Source: Bacillales bacterium UBA6865 (lineage in GTDB: Bacteria; Bacillota_I; Bacilli_A; RFN20; CAG-826). From it: a DNA stretch of 64,000 nucleotides. Shown in pieces: positions 39,366 through 48,181 of this stretch. A model generated the notes under the pieces. The model worked only from the letters and a program-made list of their open reading frames with translations, ran no database searches and was not told the DNA's origin. The position numbers and the translations under genes are program-made. Where the stretch lies: NCBI GenBank assembly GCA_002449265.1, contig DKCV01000015.1, positions 31,120-95,119 on the forward strand, written 5' to 3'. Position 1 is the first letter of the stretch. The number at the start of each line of letters is the position of its first letter.

Positions 39366-40045
39366 CATATACGGAACTACAAACTTCATTCTCTCTTTCT
39401 AATGAACAAATCGCGCAATTTCGAAAATATTCTTCCTTTCTTCAAGAATGGAACAAAAAGATGAATCTCACCGCGATTTTGGATGAAGATTCTATTGTCG
39501 AAAAACATTTTTATGACTGCTTAATCCCTGCAAAAAGCCAATATTTTAATGGAAATACCATTCTAGATGTTGGATCTGGAGCGGGATTCCCTGGCATGGT
39601 TTTTGCCATTGCTTTCCCTGACAAAAAGATTGTTTTAGTGGATGCGACGAGCAAAAAGTGTGCATTTTTAAACGCTTTGAGCAAAGAATTAGGCTTAAAA
39701 AATGTTACTGTGATTAATAAGCGGGCTGAGGAATTAAATGACCGTGATCATTTCGATATTGTTACCGCTAGAGCGGTTGCTCCTCTACCGATTCTATTAG
39801 AAATCACTGCGCCATTTGCTAAAGTTCATGGGGTAGTTCTCGCTATGAAAGGCGATAAAGGCGAAGAAGAGCTTGCTAGTAGTCATCGTGCAATATCCTT
39901 GCTTGATTTGCATTTGCTTACAAAAGAAGTCGATGAGCTCCCGAACGGAATCGGGAAACGCGTGAATTTCTTTTTTGAAAAAGGCGCAAAAACCCAAAAA
40001 AGATTTCCACGGATGTGGAGCGAAATCCATTCTCGCCCTTTATAA
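39362..40045 (+). CDS. rsmG: 16S rRNA (guanine527-N7)-methyltransferase RsmG (GidB)
   Basis: LQEWNKKMNLTAI and SAM motif DVGSGAGFPG. ATGA overlap with mnmG. Confidence 0.9.
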   Translation: MTYTELQTSFSLSNEQIAQFRKYSSFLQEWNKKMNLTAILDEDSIVEKHFYDCLIPAKSQYFNGNTILDVGSGAGFPGMVFAIAFPDKKIVLVDATSKKCAFLNALSKELGLKNVTVINKRAEELNDRDHFDIVTARAVAPLPILLEITAPFAKVHGVVLAMKGDKGEEELASSHRAISLLDLHLLTKEVDELPNGIGKRVNFFFEKGAKTQKRFPRMWSEIHSRPL

Positions 40046-40089
40046 CCGTGAAACTTTTAAAAGTGTTTCACAAATGATAGAGTTTAGTT

Positions 40090-40863
40090 ATGCCATTCAT
40101 TATTTCAGTTGCAAATCAAAAAGGCGGCGTGGGAAAAACTACCACGGCGATTAATCTTTCTGCGGCCTTAGCCAAAACAAAGAAGGTTCTTCTTGTTGAT
40201 ATGGATCCTCAAGGGAACGCAGGCAGAGGGTTAGGGATCGATATTACCGCTTTACGAAGAAGCGTTTATGACGTTTTGCTTTCCCATTATAACCTTGAAC
40301 GAGCGATTTTTAGTGGTGTTACTTCTAATCTTGATGTCTTACCAAGCAATCTTAAGCTTGCTTCCTTAGATGTTGAGATTCAATCCCGTCACTTGCCCGA
40401 CCCCTTTTTCTTGCTTAAAAACTCGCTTTTAAAATTAAAACGAAATTATGACTATATCATTTTGGATTGCCCGCCTTCTTTAGGACTATTATCCATTAAT
40501 TCCTTAGTGGCGAGCGATTCGGTCATTATTCCCGTACAATGTGAATATTTTGCGATGGAAGCTATCGCGGCTATTCTTTCTTCCATTCGTAAAATCAAAG
40601 GCAACTACAATCCGGATTTGAAAATAGAAGGATTCCTATTAACGATGTACGATGCGCGCGCCTCTTTATGCACAGAAGTTGCTACACAAGTGCGTGGGTT
40701 ATTCAAAGAGAACACTTTTTCTACGATGATTCCTAGAAATATTTCTCTTCCAGAAGCAAGTGCGAGAGGAGAACCGGTGACGGTTTTTCGCCCAACGAGT
40801 CAAGGGAGCGTAGCTTATTTAGCGTTAGCGAGGGAGATTTTGTTGAACCATGACGAAAAATAA
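40090..40863 (+). CDS. parA: Chromosome partitioning ATPase ParA/Soj
   Basis: Deviant Walker [12 protein letters not shown], with DMDPQGN and DCPPSLG motifs. 257 aa. Confidence 0.92.
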   Translation: MPFIISVANQKGGVGKTTTAINLSAALAKTKKVLLVDMDPQGNAGRGLGIDITALRRSVYDVLLSHYNLERAIFSGVTSNLDVLPSNLKLASLDVEIQSRHLPDPFFLLKNSLLKLKRNYDYIILDCPPSLGLLSINSLVASDSVIIPVQCEYFAMEAIAAILSSIRKIKGNYNPDLKIEGFLLTMYDARASLCTEVATQVRGLFKENTFSTMIPRNISLPEASARGEPVTVFRPTSQGSVAYLALAREILLNHDEK

Positions 40864-41701
40864 GAAAACGTTTCTAAAGAATTCCCTAAACGATTTGGTC
40901 AAGAAATTCTCGGAGAACGATGTTATCGCTCGCATGGAGAAAGAGTACCAATCGCAAGGCGGGAACAATATTCCGTTATCGCTTATCGATGATAATTCCT
41001 TCGTCAAGAAGGTAAAAATTCGTTCTAGTTCCATTGAACGTATTTCCGAAGGAATTATGGAACGAGGTCTTTTTAATCCTCTTGTCGTGCGGCCAAGCGG
41101 TGCCCATTACGAATTGATTTTAGGAAGAACAAGATATTTCGGCGCTAAGAAAATCGGTTTAAAGGAAGTTCCTTGTGTCAAAGTAGAAGCAGGGGATGAA
41201 GAAACTCTTTTGATGCTTTTGGCGGATAATCGCGACCAAAGAGAGGCGAATGTCGTGGAAATGGCTTTGCTCTATGAAACGTTAACGGAACGTTTTTCTT
41301 ACTCGCAAGCCACTCTAGCCTCTTTGTCTCACCAATCAAGGAGCCAAGTCACTAATATCATGCGGTTATTATCCTTACCAGAAAAAGTGCTGATGGAAGT
41401 GAGTGATGGGGGCTTATCGTATGGCCACGCTAGAGCAATCCTTTCGTTAAGCGATGAAGAGATCGAAAAGATTGTTTCCCGCATTCACGCTGAGAAACTT
41501 TCCGTTCGCGATACAGAAGAACTTGCTAGGCAATACGCAAGTCGTCTTCCTTCGCCTTCTCCGATTTTGAATGATAATTTAAGGCTAATAACTCGCGCCA
41601 AAAGCGTTATCGCTCATAAGCGCTCGATTACTTTCGAATTCGAAAATGAAGAAGACAAGAATCAGTTTGTGAATTGGGTTTTGCAGCATGAGAAACAATA
41701 A
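40850..41701 (+). CDS. parB: Chromosome partitioning protein ParB/Spo0J
   Basis: ParB N-terminal domain (LFNPLVVRP...[15 protein letters not shown]) and HTH ([26 protein letters not shown]). Overlaps the parA end. Confidence 0.88.
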   Translation: MTKNKKTFLKNSLNDLVKKFSENDVIARMEKEYQSQGGNNIPLSLIDDNSFVKKVKIRSSSIERISEGIMERGLFNPLVVRPSGAHYELILGRTRYFGAKKIGLKEVPCVKVEAGDEETLLMLLADNRDQREANVVEMALLYETLTERFSYSQATLASLSHQSRSQVTNIMRLLSLPEKVLMEVSDGGLSYGHARAILSLSDEEIEKIVSRIHAEKLSVRDTEELARQYASRLPSPSPILNDNLRLITRAKSVIAHKRSITFEFENEEDKNQFVNWVLQHEKQ

Positions 41702-42725
41702 ATGCCTTGTCGAGCTAAATATAGAACCTGCTTTAGACAAAAAGGAAAATAAGTGCATCAATGTTTCTTTCTTCGAAAACGGGTTATTTATTCTTAGCGA
41801 ATCGCCTTCTTATTCTTTAAACGAAAAGATCAAAGTCAATGTTTCTTTTTTACTCATGGATGAAGAAGTGCTTGCTTCTCTTCGTTTCTTTTTAGAGACA
41901 ATGAAAAAGGTAATGAGCGAAGCTCCTCGAAACCTTAAAATAGAGAACTTTTCGAGTAGTGAATATTATCTATCTTTCGGCGACGATATTTTTACTGGCT
42001 CACTTGTTTTGACCGATGATGAGGCGATGAGCTTACTAAGCGAAGAAGAAATAAAAATCGCGAAATGGAACAATAAAGTCGTTAATTTTGTGAAGCGTTG
42101 GAATGGGTATCTATCCGCGAAAAACTTGCATGGGAAAATTTTGTCTAATCCTTTAGAAGCGCATTTTCTCCGTCTCCAAAGTCGTTTCTTGTTAGAAAAA
42201 TCTCAAGCCTTTCTTGGCTCTCTATATGAATGTAATTCTTTAGAGAAAGCCATCAAAAACGCTGCAAAAGTTGCTTTTTCTTCTTCGAAAATGCCTGTTG
42301 GAGAAAATCGCTACATTCTTGAAAATATGTTTTTGAAGCGCTTACTCCCCTTATTAAAGAATGCGAAAAACAAAGAAGCTTTTAATCGCGATTTCGATTC
42401 TTTAGTGAATGAATCGCTTTCTATCGATTCTCAATACTCCTTTGGAGAGATAGCCTATTGGATCGATAACATTTATTTAGAGCTATTGCTTAATAAGAAA
42501 TTTATTATCGATGAACGGAAAGTCGCATTGTTACATGAGCCGATTTTAAGCGAAACATTACTGGATTATTTTGGGAAAAATGACGCCTCTTCTTATTATG
42601 CGATGCGAGAAAGAAATCGCTTATTTGAGGATGAAAACAATTCCGCCATTTACAATTACTTAAGAAGTTACTTACAAAATAATTCCAATTTTTCGCGTGA
42701 ATTAGACCCCTCTCACCTTGCATAG
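41688..42725 (+). CDS. Hypothetical protein, 345 aa, no recognisable domain; translationally coupled to parB
   Basis: Long uninterrupted ORF in AT-rich DNA. ATG 41688 lies 14 nt inside the parB 3' end. No TM segments and no motifs I recognise. Confidence 0.6.
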   Translation: MRNNKCLVELNIEPALDKKENKCINVSFFENGLFILSESPSYSLNEKIKVNVSFLLMDEEVLASLRFFLETMKKVMSEAPRNLKIENFSSSEYYLSFGDDIFTGSLVLTDDEAMSLLSEEEIKIAKWNNKVVNFVKRWNGYLSAKNLHGKILSNPLEAHFLRLQSRFLLEKSQAFLGSLYECNSLEKAIKNAAKVAFSSSKMPVGENRYILENMFLKRLLPLLKNAKNKEAFNRDFDSLVNESLSIDSQYSFGEIAYWIDNIYLELLLNKKFIIDERKVALLHEPILSETLLDYFGKNDASSYYAMRERNRLFEDENNSAIYNYLRSYLQNNSNFSRELDPSHLA

Positions 42726-42744
42726 CGATAAATTCGCTCTATAA

Positions 42745-42910
42745 TGGAGGTACTTCAGGGTGACGAGAATTACGTCAACTGGCGGAGATAGCCCGCAAGT
42801 CCAATGGCAGATTGGTCATGATCTGGTGGAATTCCAGAGCCAACGGTACAGTCCGGATGGTAGAAGTGGATTTATTGCTTTTACTGGCCTCCCTGAAGTG
42901 GAGGCTTTTT
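42745..42910 (+). promoter_or_regulatory. FMN riboswitch (RFN element) with intrinsic terminator and antiterminator
   Basis: Conserved RFN blocks: CTTCAGGGTGA, CTGGCGGAGATAGCCCGCAAG, TGGTGGAATTCCAGAGCCAACGGTACAGTCCGGATGGTAGAAG. Terminator GCCTCC-ctgaagt-GGAGGC+TTTTT (42887..42910). ACTTCAGGG (42752..42760) is complementary to CCCTGAAGT (42891..42899). Confidence 0.93.
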
Positions 42911-42912
42911 CT

Positions 42913-43617
42913 ATGAACGACTTCTTTGAGTATCTTAGCTTGTTTATTTTTGCGCTTTTGCTCATTTTATATGCCGCGTTTTTAGCAAAAGTTACGCCGC
43001 AAAATCATCGTAATTCGACTCGCCTATTGGCTCGTGTTGGCGTTTTTGGAGCGCTAAGCGCGATTCTTTATATTGTTCCTATTTTTCAGATTAAACTCTT
43101 TTTTCTCCCTTCGTTTTTGGAACTGCATTTCGATGAGATTCCCGCCTTTATTGCTGGATTTGCGTATGGGCCAATCGCTGGGACGATGGTAATTCTAATT
43201 AAAACGATCTTAAAACTTCCTTTTACTTCTTCTTTGACGGTAGGGGAATGGAGCGATTTTCTTTTTAGCTTGGTTTTTGTTGTGCCTGCTTCTTTTTTGT
43301 ATCAAAAGAAAAGAACCTTAAAAGGAGCGGTGCTAGCGATATCCTTTTCTTCCCTTTTGCAGTTGATGGTGAGTGCTATATTAAACGTCTATCTTGTTCT
43401 TCCTTTTTATATGAACGTGATGGGGCTACCTTATGAAAATCTTCTTGCCCTTTGTAAGATTGCTAATCCGAATGTAATGGATTTAGGATGGACTTATGGC
43501 TTATATTGCGTTATTCCGCTTAACTTGATCAAAGATGCGATTGTTCTAGTAATTACTTTTTTCATTTATCGTCACATTCACGTTTTGCTTCATTTACAAA
43601 ATCCTAGCAATTCTTAA
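42913..43617 (+). CDS. ribU: Riboflavin transporter RibU (ECF S-component type)
   Basis: 234-aa six-helix membrane protein (RLLARVGVFGALSAILYIV..., EIPAFIAGFAYGP) directly downstream of the FMN riboswitch. Start set at ATG 42913; the track ORF at 42760 reads through the riboswitch. Confidence 0.85.
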   Translation: MNDFFEYLSLFIFALLLILYAAFLAKVTPQNHRNSTRLLARVGVFGALSAILYIVPIFQIKLFFLPSFLELHFDEIPAFIAGFAYGPIAGTMVILIKTILKLPFTSSLTVGEWSDFLFSLVFVVPASFLYQKKRTLKGAVLAISFSSLLQLMVSAILNVYLVLPFYMNVMGLPYENLLALCKIANPNVMDLGWTYGLYCVIPLNLIKDAIVLVITFFIYRHIHVLLHLQNPSNS

Positions 43618-43624
43618 TTAAAAA

Positions 43625-43652
43625 AAGAAAAACCCCTTAAAGGGGTCTTCTA
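43625..43652. terminator. Intrinsic terminator between convergent ribU and ferredoxin genes
   Basis: ACCCC-ttaaa-GGGGT flanked by AAAAAAAGAAAAA (a strong U-run for the minus-strand fer transcript). Confidence 0.7.
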
Positions 43653-43664
43653 TTAGAATCGAAA

Positions 43665-43847
43665 TTATTCTTCGACGATTGCACCGACTGGGCAATTGGC
43701 AATCGCTTCTTCAACCGCCGCTTCGTCATCGACTTCGCCTGCGACCGCTTTCCCATCATCTCCAAAAGAGAAGACGCTTGGGACTGTGCCAACGCAAAGC
43801 CCACAACCAATGCAAGCATCAGCGTTAACCGTTACTTTTTTTGCCAT
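43665..43847 (-). CDS. fer: Small [4Fe-4S] ferredoxin
   Basis: 60 aa: MAKKVTVNADACIGCGLCVG...AIANCPVGAIVEE (CxxCxxC...CP). AGGAGGAAAAGC precedes the ATG at 43847. Confidence 0.85.
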   Translation of the reverse strand: MAKKVTVNADACIGCGLCVGTVPSVFSFGDDGKAVAGEVDDEAAVEEAIANCPVGAIVEE

Positions 43848-43873
43848 GCTTTTCCTCCTAGACAATTTCCCAC

Positions 43874-43902
43874 ATTATATGCATTTCAAAATTTGCGTTC
43901 AA
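43874..43902 (-). promoter_or_regulatory. Sigma-A-type promoter for fer (TTGAAC-17 bp-TATAAT)
   Basis: On the minus strand, TTGAAC (43902..43897) and TATAAT (43879..43874) are separated by exactly 17 bp. Confidence 0.55.
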
Positions 43903-43947
43903 CGTTAAACTCGTTTGCTTCCGCTTCGCACGCGCTTGCGCTAAAAT

Positions 43948-44262
43948 ATGCGCGCTATGAAGAGCAGAATGAAGAAATGGGCACGTTATCGAAAAAAGAT
44001 TGTTCGGACTCCTGAACAAGAATTTTCGAAACGGAAACCTCTAGAAGTAAAAACCTCTCCAGAAGACGATTACGCGATTAATCAAACCGCGGTAAGCCGA
44101 GGAGCAATTTCTTTAGAAGGAATCGGCGGAAAAAGTTATCACAGCACTTTGTATCATGAGTATCAAATCAAGCAGTGGGTTTATCTTGTCTTAAAGATTG
44201 TGTTACTAGTTTTAGTCGTTGCCGGACTCATCATTCTCTATTTTCAATGGGTTAAAAGGTGA
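43948..44262 (+). CDS. Small basic protein with C-terminal membrane anchor, unknown function
   Basis: 104 aa with a K/R-rich N-terminus and one C-terminal TM (WVYLVLKIVLLVLVVAGLIILYF). Directly upstream of cmk. Start uncertain (ATG 43948, 43957 or 43969). Confidence 0.5.
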   Translation: MRAMKSRMKKWARYRKKIVRTPEQEFSKRKPLEVKTSPEDDYAINQTAVSRGAISLEGIGGKSYHSTLYHEYQIKQWVYLVLKIVLLVLVVAGLIILYFQWVKR

Positions 44263-44266
44263 ACTT

Positions 44267-44950
44267 ATGGAACAACACATCGCTATCGCTATTGATGGGC
44301 CTGCCGCGGCGGGGAAAAGTACAGTCGCTAAAAAAGTGGCTGCTTTATTAAATTTTGTTTATGTGGATACTGGCGCTATGTATCGTGCCGTAACTTATGC
44401 TGTGCTTTCGCGCGGACTTGATCCAAAAAACGAAGCCGATGCCATTACCGTTCTTCCGAATTTATCCATCGATCTTCTCTCCGATGGCAAGGTGATATGC
44501 AATGGTGAAGATGTTTCCAAAGTCATCCGTGAACCGCTTGTTTCGAACAATGTGAGCTATATTGCGGCAATGAAACCGGTTCGCCTCGCTCTTATCGGAA
44601 TGCAAAGAAAACTAGCGGAAAGCAAATCCGTCGTTATGGATGGAAGAGATATTGGCTCTTACGTTCTCCCTCATGCCCAAGTGAAGATTTTCCAAGTGGC
44701 GAGTGTGGAAACTCGCGCGAAACGCCGCTATGAAGAGAATTTAGCGAAAGGGATTCCAACAACCCTTGAAGAAGTGGAAGAAAATCTTCGTGAGAGAGAT
44801 AGAATCGATAGTAGTAGAGAATTCGATCCTCTAATGCAAGCACCTGATAGTGTTTTGCTTGATACCTCTTCTTTAAGCATTGATGAATCTGTCGAAGCCG
44901 TTTTAAAAATCGTGCAAGAAAAAACCGGATTGGAGGCTTTATGTCATTAG
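44267..44950 (+). CDS. cmk: Cytidylate kinase
   Basis: IAIDGPAAAGKSTVAK P-loop, with YVDTGAMYRA and DGRDIGS motifs. AAGGTG SD before ATG 44267. Confidence 0.92.
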   Translation: MEQHIAIAIDGPAAAGKSTVAKKVAALLNFVYVDTGAMYRAVTYAVLSRGLDPKNEADAITVLPNLSIDLLSDGKVICNGEDVSKVIREPLVSNNVSYIAAMKPVRLALIGMQRKLAESKSVVMDGRDIGSYVLPHAQVKIFQVASVETRAKRRYEENLAKGIPTTLEEVEENLRERDRIDSSREFDPLMQAPDSVLLDTSSLSIDESVEAVLKIVQEKTGLEALCH

Positions 44951-46248
44951 GGACATTAGCGATTGTTGGCGCTCCTAGCGTTGGGAAAAGCACCATTTTC
45001 AATCGAATTGTTGGCCAAAGAAAAGCCATTGTCGAGCCTACGCGCGGAATTACGCGCGACCGACTTTACGCAAAAGCGACTTGGCTTACCAAAGAATTCA
45101 TGGTGATCGATACCGGTGGAATTCAAATCAAAGACGCCCCTTTTCAAGAAGAGATTAGAGCGCAAGTCGAAATCGCTATCGAAGAAGCGGGCTTAATCCT
45201 TTTCGTTACTGATGGAAAAATGGGCTTATCGGGCGATGATAAATTCATTGCGCGATTACTATATGGAGCGAAGAAAAAAGTCCTTCTAGCGGTAAACAAA
45301 ATCGATAACATTCAAGAAATCGCGAACCAATCAGAATTTTATCGGCTTGGTTTTGGTGACCCTTTTATCGTCAGTGGGGCGCACGGCATTGGCATTGGCG
45401 ACCTTTTGGATGCAATTATTAAAAATCTTCCCGTCAAGGAAGAAAAAGAATACGGGGATGCGATTTGCTTTTCTCTTATCGGAAGGCCAAATGTTGGGAA
45501 ATCTTCCTTGGCAAATCGCCTTTTAGGAGAAAAAAGAACCATCGTCAGCAATATTGCGGGAACAACGCGCGATTCTATCGATACACCTTTTGAAGCAAAC
45601 AATAAAAACTATGTTGTCATTGATACGGCAGGACTAGTGAAACGCGGCAAAATATACGAAGCCGTCGATAAATACGCCGCACTCCGTGCGATGGAAGCGA
45701 TTGAACGCTCCGAAGTCGCGGTTTTGGTCGTTGATGGCTCAACTGGCACGATTGAACAAGACGCCCATGTCGTTGGCTACGCCATTGAAGCGAAAAAAGC
45801 CATTGTCGTTTTGGTGAATAAGTGGGATGTTAGTCGCCACTCTGAGAACGATGCGAGCGAATTTTTAAAGAATTTCCGTGCGACATTCAAGTTCCTCGAT
45901 TATGCCCCAGTCTTATTTGTAAGCGCAAAAACAGGCAAGGGCCTAGATAAAGTCTTGCCTGCGATTGAAACCGCTTATGAAGGATACCATCGACGCATCC
46001 CTACTCCGATATTGAATCGAATCATCGCGGATGCCCAAGCCATGAACCCGACGCCAAATTTTAACCACGGACGTTTGAAAATCGTTTTTGCAAACCAAGT
46101 AAAAGTTTGCCCGCCGACTTTTGTCATGTTCTGCAATGACCCAGATTATGCCCATTTCTCTTACACCCGTTATCTTAATAATCGTTTACGAGAATCCTTT
46201 TCTTTTGATGGATCTCCGTTAGATATTGTCTACCGAATGAGAAAATAA
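44941..46248 (+). CDS. der: Ribosome-associated GTPase Der (EngA)
   Basis: Two GTPase domains (GAPSVGKST / DTGG / NKID and GRPNVGKSS / DTAG / NKWD) plus a KH-like C-terminus. 435 aa. Confidence 0.93.
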   Translation: MSLGTLAIVGAPSVGKSTIFNRIVGQRKAIVEPTRGITRDRLYAKATWLTKEFMVIDTGGIQIKDAPFQEEIRAQVEIAIEEAGLILFVTDGKMGLSGDDKFIARLLYGAKKKVLLAVNKIDNIQEIANQSEFYRLGFGDPFIVSGAHGIGIGDLLDAIIKNLPVKEEKEYGDAICFSLIGRPNVGKSSLANRLLGEKRTIVSNIAGTTRDSIDTPFEANNKNYVVIDTAGLVKRGKIYEAVDKYAALRAMEAIERSEVAVLVVDGSTGTIEQDAHVVGYAIEAKKAIVVLVNKWDVSRHSENDASEFLKNFRATFKFLDYAPVLFVSAKTGKGLDKVLPAIETAYEGYHRRIPTPILNRIIADAQAMNPTPNFNHGRLKIVFANQVKVCPPTFVMFCNDPDYAHFSYTRYLNNRLRESFSFDGSPLDIVYRMRK

Positions 46249-46344
46249 TTTTATTTTTGCGTAATCTTTACTTTCTTTTCACTTTCCTTGCATTTTTATG
46301 GTAAACGCGAAAATTACTTCATTAGTTTCGAAATTAATTTTATA

Positions 46345-46402
46345 AAAAGTATCGATAAAATCTAGCTTTTTACCAAAAATATCGATAAAATCTAGCTTTT
46401 TA
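46345..46402. repeat. Tandem direct repeat, two copies 30 bp apart (28 bp, 1 mismatch) upstream of hup
   Basis: AAAAGTATCGATAAAATCTAGCTTTTTA (46345..46372) and AAAAATATCGATAAAATCTAGCTTTTTA (46375..46402). Confidence 0.9.
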
Positions 46403-46543
46403 ATTTTTCATTTTAAGATTTTGAAATAAATCAAAAAGTTGGAAGGGCTTTCAACAAAATAGCAATATTCCTGAATAAAAAATTGCAAAAGTTTCGATGC
46501 CGTGCTAACTTATGAGTACTATTTTAGCAATAGGAGGTTACTC

Positions 46544-46816
46544 ATGAACAAAGCTGAATTAGCATTAGAAGTCGCCGAAAAGGCCGAAATCGCGAAGGGT
46601 GATGCCCAAGCTGCCGTCGATGCAGTTTTTGAAATTATCGAAGATGCTCTCCTCAAAGGCGAGGAAGTGAAAGTTTCTGGATTCGGTATCTTCTCGAAAA
46701 AAGAAAGAGCCGCCCGTGAAGGCACAAATCCTTCTACCCAAGAAAAAATCCAAATCCCAGCAAGCGCTTCCGTTGGATTTAAAGTTTCTAAAACCCTCAA
46801 AGACAAGCTTAACTAA
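46544..46816 (+). CDS. hup: DNA-binding protein HU
   Basis: 90 aa: MNKAELALEVAEKAEI...VSGFGIFSKKERAAREGTNPSTQEKIQIPAS. AGGAGG 7 nt upstream. Confidence 0.95.
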   Translation: MNKAELALEVAEKAEIAKGDAQAAVDAVFEIIEDALLKGEEVKVSGFGIFSKKERAAREGTNPSTQEKIQIPASASVGFKVSKTLKDKLN

Positions 46817-46842
46817 GCCTAGCTATTTTTGATAATGGTTTT

Positions 46843-46870
46843 GCCCTGATGAAAATCGGGGCTTTCTTTT
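46843..46870 (+). terminator. Intrinsic terminator after hup
   Basis: GCCCTGAT-gaaa-ATCGGGGC followed by TTTCTTTTT. Confidence 0.8.
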
Positions 46871-46907
46871 TCTCTTTTTCTTTTCTTGCTATATACTTGT
46901 GCTTACT

Positions 46908-47519
46908 ATGCGTGACTCTCGATTTGATGATTTAGTGCCCCTATTCCATCTGAACCAAAAAAGGCTATATATCGTTGGAGGCTCTACTCGCGATTTATTA
47001 TTGAATCGAGAATATACCGATCACGATTTTGTCACTGACGCAACCCCGGAAGAAATGAAACATTTTCTTATTGAAGCGAATTACACCTTTTCTCGTTTTG
47101 GGTCAGTTCGCTTGAAAATAAAAGGAGAAGAAGTGGATATCACTACTTTACGAGAAGAAGGAGAATATCTTGATTACCGTCATCCTTCTTATATTCGCTT
47201 CATTAAGGACTTATACAAAGATTCCTTAAGACGCGACTTTACGATTAATGCGATTTATCTTGATGAAGAATACAAGATTATTGATTATCATAATGGCCTC
47301 ATCGATTTAAAAAAACATATGATTCGCTTTATCGGTGACCCAATCAAACGTATCGAAGAGGATCCCTTACGGATTTTGCGGGCGGAGCGATTCGCGGAAA
47401 AACTTCATTTTGAGCTCGAAGCGAATACGAAAAAGGCAATCGCGATGAAACGATATTTGCTGGATGAATTAAATCCCGCCAAAATCGCCGAAGAAGAAAG
47501 GAAGAGGAAAGAAAAATGA
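46908..47519 (+). CDS. cca: Class II tRNA nucleotidyltransferase (CCA-adding enzyme/poly(A) polymerase family), head+neck only, about 203 aa
   Basis: GGSTRDLLL, DHDF, RRDFTINA and EDPLRILRAERF motifs. The ORF ends in an ATGA overlap with dnaD. No SD. Confidence 0.7.
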   Translation: MRDSRFDDLVPLFHLNQKRLYIVGGSTRDLLLNREYTDHDFVTDATPEEMKHFLIEANYTFSRFGSVRLKIKGEEVDITTLREEGEYLDYRHPSYIRFIKDLYKDSLRRDFTINAIYLDEEYKIIDYHNGLIDLKKHMIRFIGDPIKRIEEDPLRILRAERFAEKLHFELEANTKKAIAMKRYLLDELNPAKIAEEERKRKEK

Positions 47520-48181
47520 CAAAGAAAAGCATCATGAACGCGGTAAGTTTCCGTTACGCGCTTCTCGATTCCTATAAAAGGATGAACATCATGGAAAACG
47601 AGCTTGTCGTTTTGCTTATGATCGATCACTTATTAGAGCAAGGGAATTCTTTAATTACGAACGATATGCTTTCTTTGAAAATGAACTATTCTTCTAGCGA
47701 AATCGATAAAATCTTAGTTGGTTTATTAAAACGTGGCTTCGTTTCAATGGAAATGAAGGATAACAAAATGCGCACCTCGATTGATCCACTGAAAGAAAAA
47801 GTGTATGCCCAGTTCAAGAAAATGATGGAGCTAGAAAACGCAAGTCTAGCGACAGAAGAAAAAGAAAATGTTTTACAAGAGCTTTGCGAATTTTTCGAAT
47901 CTCGTTTTCAAAGAACCCTTTCTCCTTTAGAACGCGAAATGATTGGTAATTGGGTGAATGCTGGCTATAAAAAACAAGAAATAGAAGACGCGCTTCTTGA
48001 CGCATTTCATGATGGGAAACGTACCGTTAAGGCAATAGACCGCGTTTTGCGTTCAAAAAGAATGACGCAAGATTTTGAAAAAGAAGGGTATAGCGCTTCT
48101 TCTTCCTCTTGGGATAAAGATATCGAAGAAACGATGGCAATCGCTAAAGCGATGTGGGGAAGTGACGATGGGAAAAAGTGA
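47516..48181 (+). CDS. dnaD: DnaD domain replication initiation/membrane attachment protein
   Basis: Winged-helix-like N-terminus and a DnaD-type C-terminal repeat (LSPLEREMIGNWVNAGYKKQEIEDALLDAF). Adjacent to nth, as I recall for B. subtilis. Confidence 0.75.
   Translation: MTKKSIMNAVSFRYALLDSYKRMNIMENELVVLLMIDHLLEQGNSLITNDMLSLKMNYSSSEIDKILVGLLKRGFVSMEMKDNKMRTSIDPLKEKVYAQFKKMMELENASLATEEKENVLQELCEFFESRFQRTLSPLEREMIGNWVNAGYKKQEIEDALLDAFHDGKRTVKAIDRVLRSKRMTQDFEKEGYSASSSSWDKDIEETMAIAKAMWGSDDGKK

Noticed and set aside
40850-41701. Canonical parS (TGTTNCACGTGAAACA) inside parB, as occurs in B. subtilis spo0J.
   Set aside because: I read through the gene and found no CACGTG-centred match. Only the permuted element at 40048..40071 resembles parS.
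46345-46402. Tandem repeat considered as a mini-CRISPR array or DnaA-box cluster.
   Set aside because: There are only two copies and the 'spacer' is only 2 bp. There are no cas genes and no TTATCCACA-like boxes. I retained it only as an unexplained direct repeat.
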